From Pseudobdellovibrionaceae bacterium (lineage in GTDB: Bacteria > Bdellovibrionota > Bdellovibrionia > Bdellovibrionales > UBA1609): a stretch of DNA of 37,587 nucleotides. The stretch covers positions 1-37,587 of the forward strand of contig JAUVAX010000023.1 of the NCBI GenBank assembly GCA_030591685.1, written 5' to 3'. The first letter of the stretch is position 1. The number at the start of each line of letters is the position of its first letter. The position numbers and the translations under genes are program-made. The notes under the pieces are model-generated. The model did no database searches. It saw only the letters and a program-made list of their open reading frames with translations, and was not told the DNA's origin. Below, in pieces: positions 18,383-27,429 of this stretch.

Positions 18383-18428
18383 AAAAAAAAAGCCCCTTGA
18401 GTATTATTTTGTACATTCATGGGGCTTT
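18383..18428. terminator. Terminator between convergent dioxygenase and SWIB genes
   Basis: aaagcccc-t-tga ... tca-t-ggggcttt hairpin with an A9 run on the left (U-tract on the minus strand). Confidence 0.6.
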
Positions 18429-18448
18429 AAATATTTTGATAATAAAAA

Positions 18449-18778
18449 TTAAGACTCTATGTTTGCGCCAACAACAGCGGCCATTTGCATCATGTTAATG
18501 GTGTCGCCTAATTTCATGGCCGTGAGGTCCGTTAATTTACCAGATTTGCTTGTAGATTTTGTGTTTTTAAACACAGCAAGTAGGGTTTCATCGGCCACAA
18601 TATATTTACCCGCATTTTCAGGCTTTCCGTTTTCGGTTTTGGTTTGTAGCTCCTTGGATTTAATATATTCCCAAAGTTTTTTTGTTATTTCTGTTCTTGG
18701 TAGCTCAGACTCACCCAACATGGTGGCTAAATCTTGTTTTAACTTAACGGGTTTTTTTAATCCCTTTTCCTCGGCCAT
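18449..18778 (-). CDS. SWIB/MDM2-domain protein
   Basis: KPV.L..DLA.MLG...LPRTEITKKLWEYIK..ELQ...I.ADETL..VF...INMMQMA; AAGGA SD. Confidence 0.85.
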   Translation of the reverse strand: MAEEKGLKKPVKLKQDLATMLGESELPRTEITKKLWEYIKSKELQTKTENGKPENAGKYIVADETLLAVFKNTKSTSKSGKLTDLTAMKLGDTINMMQMAAVVGANIES

Positions 18779-18945
18779 TTAAATTCCTTTTGTAAAATTC
18801 ATTGCGTAAAAAACACTAACACCTCTTAAGGGGTGCCGTCATTTATTTTTGTTAACCAAAAATAATAAACTAACCATATGATTTAACTAGACTTTTTAGG
18901 GTCTCATTTTATGGGCCGGCCAATTTAGTTTAAATAATAAGCAGT

Positions 18946-19371
18946 CTATTTAACATAAATCGTAATTTTTTTTGATTTAACGACCGGTGTGTGAGGGATG
19001 TGGTTGTTGTCACCGAGCAAAAGCTGAAGTGTGTGGGGGCCTTTGGGTAAATGCACCATGGCCTCTGTTTGCCCGCCTCCAAAATGAATATGTGTTTTAC
19101 TGCTAGGTATGGGTAGGTTTGTATTAACAAGCTTAGAGTCTATTAATAGGTGATGGTGCCCGGTGTTTGTTTTAACAACCCCCGCCGGAGCAACACCCAT
19201 GTTTTTGAGCCCAAACTGTACTTTAAAGTGTTCATTTACCTTTTGGCCCTCTGTGGGTGAGATAATGTATAAAACAGCCCCGGGGTCAGAGGTTGTTTTT
19301 TTAATATGGGGTTTGCCGGCCATGGCCGGTAGGCAGAAAAGAGCTAAAGTTATAGTTGAGATAAGTTTCAT
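18946..19371 (-). CDS. DUF4399-family secreted protein
   Basis: Signal peptide; VQFGL..MGVAPAG, TGHHHLLID, HIHFGGGQTE, GPHTLQLLLGD..H.PH. Confidence 0.88.
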   Translation of the reverse strand: MKLISTITLALFCLPAMAGKPHIKKTTSDPGAVLYIISPTEGQKVNEHFKVQFGLKNMGVAPAGVVKTNTGHHHLLIDSKLVNTNLPIPSSKTHIHFGGGQTEAMVHLPKGPHTLQLLLGDNNHIPHTPVVKSKKITIYVK

Positions 19372-19624
19372 GGTGGGCCGCCTTTGTTTTGAGTTTTAGG
19401 ATTTAATTATATTTTTTAAGAACGCTTATTTAATCCTATTAAAAAACGGTGAGTCACTAAATCATGTGGCAATGTCATTTTAGGGGGCGCTGCACTACCA
19501 AAAAAGTGACGCTAAGGGGCCTTAAACACACTAGTTTTTGTAGCTCTTACATTAAAAAAAGGAGCGCTAAGTAAGACAAGGGCAAAATAACATGGCATGA
19601 AACTTTCATACCTAAAAAGCTGTT

Positions 19625-20047
19625 ATGAAAACACTTAAAAGACTTTTTTGCCTCAGGCTCGCATTTATATTTTTTATAACCTCGCTCAGTGCGGGGTACA
19701 GTTTTGGTGCGCCACCTGTTGTGGTCGAACTTAAATCGACTCAAGGGCATTTAAAATTCATTATTAAGGGTATTCGCGAGCAAGATCGACAATTTGAGAG
19801 CGCTCAGATAACATATGATCTCTATGTTAAGGACGAAGACCGACGCGTTAAAATCACCTCCGGAATTCTAGACGCCTCAGTAAAGGTCGATGGTATTACA
19901 GTGGACACCCAGTATTTAGTGCCTAAGCTCCTCTCAGAGGTTAGCGGCTCATCAAAAAGGGTTTATATTAAGTATAAACTCTCCCATAGAGACTCCTATG
20001 ATAATATCACTAACTACGACAGGCTTTACTCGGTGCTTGTGGAGTAA
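19625..20047 (+). CDS. Hypothetical secreted protein
   Basis: 140-aa ORF with signal-peptide-like N-terminus; no family recognised. Confidence 0.6.
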   Translation: MKTLKRLFCLRLAFIFFITSLSAGYSFGAPPVVVELKSTQGHLKFIIKGIREQDRQFESAQITYDLYVKDEDRRVKITSGILDASVKVDGITVDTQYLVPKLLSEVSGSSKRVYIKYKLSHRDSYDNITNYDRLYSVLVE

Positions 20048-20225
20048 CCTTTTTTAAACATAAGTAGAAATATAAATTTAGGTGAAGCGAATTAAAATAA
20101 TTCGTAGTTTTAAGCTATGTATGCAGCCGGCTCACACGGGGTAGGTGAGGGGGTTAAAGAGGCTGAAGGGGGCAAAAACAGACCGTTTTAAGGGAGCCTA
20201 TCGTTATTTTTTAATAAATCGGCCA

Positions 20226-20254
20226 TTGATCAAAATCTCACCGGCTGCTATGTT
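20226..20254 (+). promoter_or_regulatory. sigma70-type promoter of rmuC
   Basis: TTGATC-N17-TATGTT with extended -10 TG. Confidence 0.5.
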
Positions 20255-20284
20255 GCACAGCTGTACAAGCAGAGGGGAAAGAGC

Positions 20285-21658
20285 ATGTTCATAGAACTCG
20301 CCTTAGGCGCATTAGTTGTTTTATTAGTATTAAGTATGGTTCTTTTTTTGCGATCTCAAAAAGCACTAAGAGTCTTGCGTGAAGCTCAGCATTCGGAGCA
20401 ACTTTTTTTACAAACAGAAAACGCCCGACTCAAGCAAATCGAGCAAAGCCACTTAAGCGAGCTTGAGGTGTTAAATTCAAAGCTCTTGACCTGTGAAGGC
20501 GAGCGTCAGCAGCATCAGCAGGCCCGTATAGAGTTAAGCACTAAACTTGAGGCGGCCGAAAAAGTGATTCAGGCCGAACAGACTCTTCTTGAAAAGGCAC
20601 AGGATACCTTTAAAGCCTTAGCCTCAGAAGTGCTAGAGGGTAATAATAAAAACTTTTTACAATTAGCCGAGACGACTCTTGATAAACAATCGGTCATTCA
20701 AAAAGGGGAGCTTGAAAAACGACACCAAGCCATTGAGGAGCTAGTAAAACCCCTCACGACAAGTTTAAAGGGCTATACCGAGCACATGGGGGACCTTGAA
20801 AAGGCCCGCATTAAAACCCACGCCTACTTAGAGACTGAACTTAAAAAAGTATCAGAAGGCCATGAGGCCCTGTCTCAAACCACAAAGGCCCTTAAAGACG
20901 CTTTAAAAAAACCTCACGTTCGTGGCCGTTGGGGCGAGGTGCAGTTAAAAAACTGTATTGAATTAGCGGGCATGAGTGAGTTTGCCGATGTAAGCTTTCA
21001 AGACTCAAGCACAGTCAGTGATGGCAAGCAGTTGCGCCCTGATATGGTCGTGCGCATGCCGGGGAATAAAAAAGTCATCGTTGATTGTAAAACACCTATT
21101 GAGGCTTTTTTATCTTCGTTAGAGACCGCCACCGAAGAGCATCAGCAAGCGGAGATGGTTCGTCACGGCAAGCACGTTAAAAAGCATATTCAAGACTTGT
21201 CCTCAAAAGATTACGCCGCTGAGGTGAGGGGCTCTGCTGACTTTACCGTGATGTTTTTACCGAACGAGTCTTTTTTGTATGCGGCCCTAGAGACTCAACC
21301 AGATTTAATGGAGTATGCATTACAAAAAAAAATACTTATCGCAACACCGCCCACATTAATTGGTTTATTAAAAGTCATTCGTTACGGCTGGAACGAAGAG
21401 CAGCTGGCTGAAAACGCCCACCGTATTTCAGAGGCCGGCAAAGAGCTACATAAGCGTGTGATAGATTTTATGGAGTCTTTTGTAAATATTGGCAAGCACC
21501 TTAACCGTGCTCAAGAGGAGTACAGTAAGGGGCAAACAAGGCTTGAAAGCCGAGTGTTAGTGCAAACTAAAAAGCTTGAAAAGCTCGGTGCTAAAAGTAA
21601 AAAAGAGATCCCTCAAGAGCTCAGTGCCTCGCCCGAGCCACTGCTGCCTGAGGCCTAA
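20285..21658 (+). CDS. rmuC: DNA recombination protein RmuC
   Basis: N-terminal TM, coiled coil, RGRWGEVQL, LRPDMVVRMPG, IVDCKTP, DFTVMFLPNE, IATPPTLIGLL. Confidence 0.95.
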   Translation: MFIELALGALVVLLVLSMVLFLRSQKALRVLREAQHSEQLFLQTENARLKQIEQSHLSELEVLNSKLLTCEGERQQHQQARIELSTKLEAAEKVIQAEQTLLEKAQDTFKALASEVLEGNNKNFLQLAETTLDKQSVIQKGELEKRHQAIEELVKPLTTSLKGYTEHMGDLEKARIKTHAYLETELKKVSEGHEALSQTTKALKDALKKPHVRGRWGEVQLKNCIELAGMSEFADVSFQDSSTVSDGKQLRPDMVVRMPGNKKVIVDCKTPIEAFLSSLETATEEHQQAEMVRHGKHVKKHIQDLSSKDYAAEVRGSADFTVMFLPNESFLYAALETQPDLMEYALQKKILIATPPTLIGLLKVIRYGWNEEQLAENAHRISEAGKELHKRVIDFMESFVNIGKHLNRAQEEYSKGQTRLESRVLVQTKKLEKLGAKSKKEIPQELSASPEPLLPEA

Positions 21659-21689
21659 CAGCTTGAATTATTTTTAAACTTAATTTTGA

Positions 21690-22655
21690 TTATCGTTTTG
21701 GTTTATAGCCAGGGGGCAAAAAGAGCCCTTCTTTTTTAAGCCCCTTGTAGGCTCGATGCACCATTTTAAAGATGTCATCACTTTTAACCCCGATAGGGTC
21801 GCCGCCCAGAGTTTTTTTAGTCATCCCAATGAGCGAAGCTTTTTTTCTTTTCGACCCTTTGTTTCTAAATTTAGCAAAAGGGTCGTAGCTACCTTTACTC
21901 TTGGCTGATGAATTAGGGGAGTACCCACCACCAGAAGAGTCTAAAGCTATTTTACTCACAGAAACTTTGTTTTTTATTTTACTAGCTAAATCACTAGCAT
22001 AATCTAATGCGGCCTGGGCATCAGCCTCAGACACCCCAAAGGCTTTAGACATCCCCTTGGCAGACCCCATTGAGCTTGCGGATACAGATTTACCACCGGG
22101 TAAACCCATGCTCCCATCGGCAGAGTTATAGGTAAACCCTTTATCTTTAAGGGCTTTAAGATTTGAATTAATATCATCCCTAAGCCCAGAAGCGGTCGTA
22201 GAGTTTGAGCCGCCGCTAAAGGTACCGTCACCTGAAAAATCGGGCATGGATATTGACCGGTCCGCCAAAGGAGCGCCAAGACCGCTGGCAAGGGCATCAT
22301 CTTCATCTGCAGAGTCTAAAGCCACAATGGCCTGTACCATAGAGAGCCCGCCCATGCCATAGAGGATGGCGGACATTACCGGCTGTGTTGTTGAAATGGC
22401 TGAGGCTTGTACAAAAAGCATAGCGCCCATGAGAACAGAACTCCCGGCCGCAACGGCTTTATTGTCACTATTCGACAGGGCTCCGGCCACCATCATCCCC
22501 ATTCCGGCACCGCCCATACCGCCAGCAGGAGGAGGATTTCCAGTAGGAGGATTTCCAGTAGGAGGATTTCCAGTAGCAGTATTTCCAGCAGTACTTATTA
22601 ACAAAGATAAAGTTAAGAGCGCGCCGGTTAAAATACGAGGGTATATTGAAGAAAT
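21690..22655 (-). CDS. Hypothetical secreted Gly/Ser/Ala-rich protein (probable ATT start)
   Basis: Frame stays open 17 codons upstream of TTG 22604 to an ATT 6 nt after AGGAG, completing a signal peptide; TGNPP repeats, hydrophobic segments, basic C-terminus. Confidence 0.7.
   Translation of the reverse strand: MSSIYPRILTGALLTLSLLISTAGNTATGNPPTGNPPTGNPPPAGGMGGAGMGMMVAGALSNSDNKAVAAGSSVLMGAMLFVQASAISTTQPVMSAILYGMGGLSMVQAIVALDSADEDDALASGLGAPLADRSISMPDFSGDGTFSGGSNSTTASGLRDDINSNLKALKDKGFTYNSADGSMGLPGGKSVSASSMGSAKGMSKAFGVSEADAQAALDYASDLASKIKNKVSVSKIALDSSGGGYSPNSSAKSKGSYDPFAKFRNKGSKRKKASLIGMTKKTLGGDPIGVKSDDIFKMVHRAYKGLKKEGLFLPPGYKPKR
22531..22590. repeat. 15-bp tandem repeat (3 exact + 1 degenerate) encoding TGNPP
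   Basis: ggaggatttccagta at 22531, 22546 and 22561; gcagtatttccagca at 22576. Confidence 0.95.
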
Positions 22656-22768
22656 AATAAACTCCTATTTTGCAGTGTTATTTTTTAATTATACCAGCAA
22701 AGCACACAAATTGAGACGTAAAAAAAGGGGCAGTATCTCAAAATAAGACGTTGGGCTTTATAGGGCGC

Positions 22769-24481
22769 TTAAATATTATAAAGCCGGGCGTACTCGCCGT
22801 TTTTCTCTAAAAGCTCTTTGTGGCTGCCTTGCTCGTGTATTTGACCGTCTTTCATTACAAGTATACGGTCTGCGGTTTGGATGGTTGAAAGCCTGTGGGC
22901 AATCACAAAAGTCGTTCGCCCCTTCATAAGTTCGCTCAAACCCTTTTGAACCTCTTTTTCACTTTCGTTATCTAGAGCACTTGTAGCTTCGTCGAGTATA
23001 AGTATAGGGGCGTCTTTTAAAATGGCCCGAGCAATACTAATGCGTTGTTTTTCGCCGCCAGAGAGCAGGGCCCCGCGCTCTCCACACAGTGACTCATAAC
23101 CCTCAGGGGTGTTTGATATAAACTCATGGGCATTAGCCAAAGTGGCGGCCTCTTTAACCTGGGGCTTTGATTTTGAAAAGTCACCGGCTTGTATATTATG
23201 CTCTATTGAGTCACTAAATAAAAATACGTCTTGGCTCACAAGGGCCACATGGGCCCGGTATTCAGACAGTGAGAAGTTTTGTATAGGGGTGTTGTCAATT
23301 GTGATTTCTCCAGAGCCCGGCTCAAAAAATCGCCCCAGTAGATTTACAAAAGTCGACTTACCGCCCCCGCTAGAGCCCACAAGAGCCACCACCTCGCCTC
23401 GCTTTATTTCGAGGTTAATATTTTTTAACACCGGTTTGTCTGAAAAAGAGAAGCTTACGTTTTTGTATTTTATAGAGCTCCAGTTTTCAGGATAAGGGGT
23501 GGGTATTGCGGGGTCAGAGACCTCTTGACCTTCAGTTAAAATTTGATCGTACCGGCTCAAGGCCACAAAGGCCTGTTGCAAGTATACAAACCCCACCTGA
23601 ATTTTTTTAACAGAGTCACCAATCATGGCCAGTGCAAATGAAAAAGCTAAAAAATCACCTATAGTGAGTTTGTTGTTAAAAATTTGATTACCTATGTAAA
23701 CAAGTATGATGGCTAAAGAGATAGAGGTAAGGCTTTCAGAAATAGGGCTTGAGATCTCTTCACGTTGAATTATTTTAGAGCGAGTTTTTAAATACGTTTG
23801 GGCCTGTTTATCAAAACGCTCGCGCATAACGCTTTGTAGGTTAAAGGACTGTACAATACGTGTGCCGTCGAGGCTTTCTTTGACGGTTTTTGTGAGGTCC
23901 TCCATGGTCTCCATACTACGGTGCCCGTATTTTCTTAAACTTCGAGCGAGGCTTTTAGTGACGAGCAAAACTACGGGCAAGGTCACGATTAAAAATAAAA
24001 CAAGGGCCCAATCAATATATAAAAGATAGCAAAAAGCAAAAAGAGCGGTAAACGGCTCCCTGATGAGGTCGGCAATTTTTATTACGCCATGGTGTACTGC
24101 TGTGATATCGTTAAGCATACGGCTAATTAACCCGCCTGAGCCACGAACAAAACTATTTAAATAGCTTAAGTTTAGGTTTAGATATTTGTTCATTAAATTT
24201 CGACGCATGTTTACAGAGAGCTCTTCGCCCACATACTTCATCCAATAAAGGTGAAAGTACCTTAATATATTTACAACACACCAAATGGCCCCAATGGCAA
24301 TGGGGATATAAAGTGCAAGCTCTCTATCGTTACTCACCCAGGCCTTCTCAGTGAGTTGCCGCATAAGCTCGGGTATTAGGGCCTTAAGTAAACTAATCAT
24401 AAACCCCAAAGTAATAATAAAACTCAAACGCTTTTTATAGGGTTTCAGTTGGCTTAAGAGTCGTTTAAAATCTTCACTCAT
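22769..24481 (-). CDS. msbA: MsbA-like ABC exporter (TMD + NBD)
   Basis: N-terminal TM domain; GSSGGGKST, LSGGEKQR, ILDEATSALD, IAHRLST. Orthology to msbA is inferred. Confidence 0.8.
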   Translation of the reverse strand: MSEDFKRLLSQLKPYKKRLSFIITLGFMISLLKALIPELMRQLTEKAWVSNDRELALYIPIAIGAIWCVVNILRYFHLYWMKYVGEELSVNMRRNLMNKYLNLNLSYLNSFVRGSGGLISRMLNDITAVHHGVIKIADLIREPFTALFAFCYLLYIDWALVLFLIVTLPVVLLVTKSLARSLRKYGHRSMETMEDLTKTVKESLDGTRIVQSFNLQSVMRERFDKQAQTYLKTRSKIIQREEISSPISESLTSISLAIILVYIGNQIFNNKLTIGDFLAFSFALAMIGDSVKKIQVGFVYLQQAFVALSRYDQILTEGQEVSDPAIPTPYPENWSSIKYKNVSFSFSDKPVLKNINLEIKRGEVVALVGSSGGGKSTFVNLLGRFFEPGSGEITIDNTPIQNFSLSEYRAHVALVSQDVFLFSDSIEHNIQAGDFSKSKPQVKEAATLANAHEFISNTPEGYESLCGERGALLSGGEKQRISIARAILKDAPILILDEATSALDNESEKEVQKGLSELMKGRTTFVIAHRLSTIQTADRILVMKDGQIHEQGSHKELLEKNGEYARLYNI

Positions 24482-24495
24482 AGTGATGTCCTTTT

Positions 24496-27429
24496 TTAGT
24501 TATCAAAACTACTCCCCGAGTAGAGCCCTTCGATATAACGCTTTAAATATAGGCCCGTATGGCCTTTTTTAAAACTTATAAGCTCAGACGGAGGCCCTGC
24601 AAACAATACCTTGCCGCCTTTTTCGCCTGCTTCAGGCCCTATATCAATAACATAGTCTGAGGCTCTGACAATATCCAGGTTGTGCTCGATTAAAATTACA
24701 CTGGCGCCGGTATCAACAAGCTTATGTAAGACCTTTATAAGTAACTCGACCTCTTTAAAGTGCAACCCCGTTGTAGGTTCGTCTAAAATAAACAAAGTCC
24801 CTTTTTGATTTGTAAGGTTAAGCTCACGCGCTAATTTTAAACGCTGTGACTCGCCACCAGAGAGGGTTGAGGCCCTTTGCCCTAGTTGTATATAATCAAG
24901 GCCCACTTCTTTTAATACCGCAAGGGGGCGCCTTATATTTGGGTAGGCCACGAAAAAATCCATGGCCTCGCTCACAGTGAGGTTGAGTATTTCGTAGATA
25001 TTTTTATTGTGGTATTTAACGTCTAAAATTTCATCTCGGTATTTTTTACCATCACAGGTGTCGCAGAGCACTTCAATGTCGTCCATAAACATCATGTCAA
25101 TAACTTCAACCCCTAGCCCGTGGCATACTGGGCACCGGCCACCATCGACGTTTAATGAAAACGTACCTGGTCGGTAACCAATGGCCTTAGACTCTGGCAA
25201 CGAGGCCATGAGCTGCCGGATAGGGTCAAAGACTTTTAAATAAGTAGCCGGGTTAGATCGGGCTGTTTTACCCACCGGTGATTGGTCAATGTATAAAACG
25301 CTCTTTAAATTTTCAACACCCGTTAAGGACTTGTACTCAAGCCCCTCTTTAAAGCCGACTTTGAGTATTCGGGCCACCGCCGGGTAAAGGGTGTCACTAA
25401 TGAGTGATGATTTTCCAGAGCCACTCACCCCCGTAACTGTAACAATTCGGTTGAGCGGTAATTCTACGTTCACATTTTTTAAATTATTACCCGTGCAGCC
25501 TTTAAGGGTGAGTTTATATTTAAAGGCCTCAAGCTCAACGGGGCGACTTATCGTGAGGTCAACGATTTGTTTTTGAGGCCTTAAGTAAGGGGCTGTGACA
25601 GAGCGAGGCTCGTTGTAAAACTCTTTTGTTGGGCCCGAGTAAATCACCTCGCCCCCAAGAGAGCCCGAGCCCGGGCCGATTTCTAAAATATTATTAGAGT
25701 TTTTAATAACGTCATGATCATGCTCAACAACAACCAGGGTATTGCCGAGGTTATTGAGCATTTTGAGTATAGAGATGAGCCGGTCGTTATCTCTAGGGTG
25801 TAAACCAACAGTGGGCTCATCGAGTACATAGAGGCTTTGTGATAACTCCATGCCGAGCTGATTGGCCAGGTTAAGGCGCTGGTACTCGCCGCCAGAGAGA
25901 GTTTTGGTCTCTCTGTTAAGGGTTAAATAATCTAGCCCCACGTCGCTTAAGTACATAAGGCGAGAGTTGATTTGTCGTAAAATCTCTTTACAGGCCTCTT
26001 GTTCGAGAGGGGTAAATTTAACCTTTTTAAAGTGTTTGATTAACTTTTCAAGGGTGAGGCTTGAAAGCTCCGTAATGGCGCAATCATTAACAAGGACTTG
26101 TCGGGCCTCTTTTTTTAACCTTAAACCTTTGCAGTCAGGGCAGGTAAAGGGGCTTTTATGTCGGGCTAAAAAAACACGAACATGCATTTTATACCGTCGA
26201 CCCTCGAGGTATTCAAATAGTCCGAGGACACCGTAAAAGTCCTGAGAGCCCTCCCAGATATTTTTTTGATGTTTTTTTGAAAGCTTCTCCCAAGGGGTGT
26301 GCAAGTCTACCTTTGCATTTTTACAATATTCAAAAAGTTCTTTTTTATCAGACCGAGCACTGGGCATAAAAAAGGGCTTTAAACACCCCTGGGCAATAGT
26401 TTTTGAAGGGTCGGGTATAACTTTTGCCTTATCTATTTTAAGTATGTTGCCAAACCCGTTGCATGTGGGGCAGGCCCCGACAGGGTTATTAAAACTAAAA
26501 AGTCGTGATGAAATTTCGGGGAACAAATAATTGCACACCGAACACGAGAGGCGCTCGTCAAAAATCATTTGCTTGCCAGAGGTCGTAATAACCCGAGCGT
26601 GGCCAGAGAGATAGTTTTTATTTAACTCTCTTGTGGCCTTAAAGGCTTGAGATAGAGAGTCTGCAATTCTTGATTCGTCCTCAGTAGTTAAAACAAAACG
26701 ATCAATAACAATATAAAACTCACCCTTGGGGGCGGTTTTTCGAGGTACGTCGTCAAGGTTTATGACTTTACCTAAGGGGGTTTCAGAGTAAGGAGCCTCA
26801 TCTATTTTTTTAAGTTTATTTGTTTTAACTACTTTTGAGGTGGTTCTTTTTTTTACTTTTTTCTCGGTGGTTGCTTTTGCCTTTGCGGGCATATAAATGC
26901 GAGCGTAGCCCTCTTTTTTAAGTTGGGCCCATAGTTTTTTTCCACTGAGTATGCGGTGGGCTTCGTCGAGGGGGATTAATAAGTAAGCGCGCTCGCCGTT
27001 AAGGTTTGAAACAAGTTTTTTAGCAGCACTGACGGGGTCATCTTTTTCAAGAAGGAGATGGTGCTCGGGGCAGTAGGCTTTGCCGATTTTTTCATACAAA
27101 AGCCTCAGGTAATCAATAACCTCAGTACTTGTGCCCACAGTAGAGCGCGAGTTTTTAACAGAGTTTTTTTGTTCAATGGCAATAGCTGGGGGGATATTTT
27201 TAATGCCCTCGATATTAGGTTTCGGAGCTTTTTTTAAAAACTGTTTCGCATAATTTGAAAGGCTATCAATGTAGCGCCTTTGCCCTTCGGCATAAAGGGT
27301 ATCAAAAGCTAAAGAGCTTTTGCCCGACCCGCTGGGCCCACAAATAACGGTAAAAGACCCTAGGGGGATTTTAACCTCTAAGTCTTTTAAGTTATTTTCT
27401 TGAACCCCCCAAAGGTGGATGTGCTTCAT
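24496..27429 (-). CDS. uvrA: Excinuclease ABC subunit A family protein (divergent UvrA)
   Basis: GPSGSGKSSLAFDTLYAEGQRRY, FSFNNPVGACPTC, LSGGEYQR, second NBD GVSGSGKSSL and LSGGESQR, Zn fingers. Confidence 0.92.
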   Translation of the reverse strand: MKHIHLWGVQENNLKDLEVKIPLGSFTVICGPSGSGKSSLAFDTLYAEGQRRYIDSLSNYAKQFLKKAPKPNIEGIKNIPPAIAIEQKNSVKNSRSTVGTSTEVIDYLRLLYEKIGKAYCPEHHLLLEKDDPVSAAKKLVSNLNGERAYLLIPLDEAHRILSGKKLWAQLKKEGYARIYMPAKAKATTEKKVKKRTTSKVVKTNKLKKIDEAPYSETPLGKVINLDDVPRKTAPKGEFYIVIDRFVLTTEDESRIADSLSQAFKATRELNKNYLSGHARVITTSGKQMIFDERLSCSVCNYLFPEISSRLFSFNNPVGACPTCNGFGNILKIDKAKVIPDPSKTIAQGCLKPFFMPSARSDKKELFEYCKNAKVDLHTPWEKLSKKHQKNIWEGSQDFYGVLGLFEYLEGRRYKMHVRVFLARHKSPFTCPDCKGLRLKKEARQVLVNDCAITELSSLTLEKLIKHFKKVKFTPLEQEACKEILRQINSRLMYLSDVGLDYLTLNRETKTLSGGEYQRLNLANQLGMELSQSLYVLDEPTVGLHPRDNDRLISILKMLNNLGNTLVVVEHDHDVIKNSNNILEIGPGSGSLGGEVIYSGPTKEFYNEPRSVTAPYLRPQKQIVDLTISRPVELEAFKYKLTLKGCTGNNLKNVNVELPLNRIVTVTGVSGSGKSSLISDTLYPAVARILKVGFKEGLEYKSLTGVENLKSVLYIDQSPVGKTARSNPATYLKVFDPIRQLMASLPESKAIGYRPGTFSLNVDGGRCPVCHGLGVEVIDMMFMDDIEVLCDTCDGKKYRDEILDVKYHNKNIYEILNLTVSEAMDFFVAYPNIRRPLAVLKEVGLDYIQLGQRASTLSGGESQRLKLARELNLTNQKGTLFILDEPTTGLHFKEVELLIKVLHKLVDTGASVILIEHNLDIVRASDYVIDIGPEAGEKGGKVLFAGPPSELISFKKGHTGLYLKRYIEGLYSGSSFDN

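Noticed and set aside
19593..19608. sigma54-like TGGCATGAAACTTTCA upstream of the 19625 gene
   Set aside because: -12 element is TC not GC, and the leader would be only a few nt.
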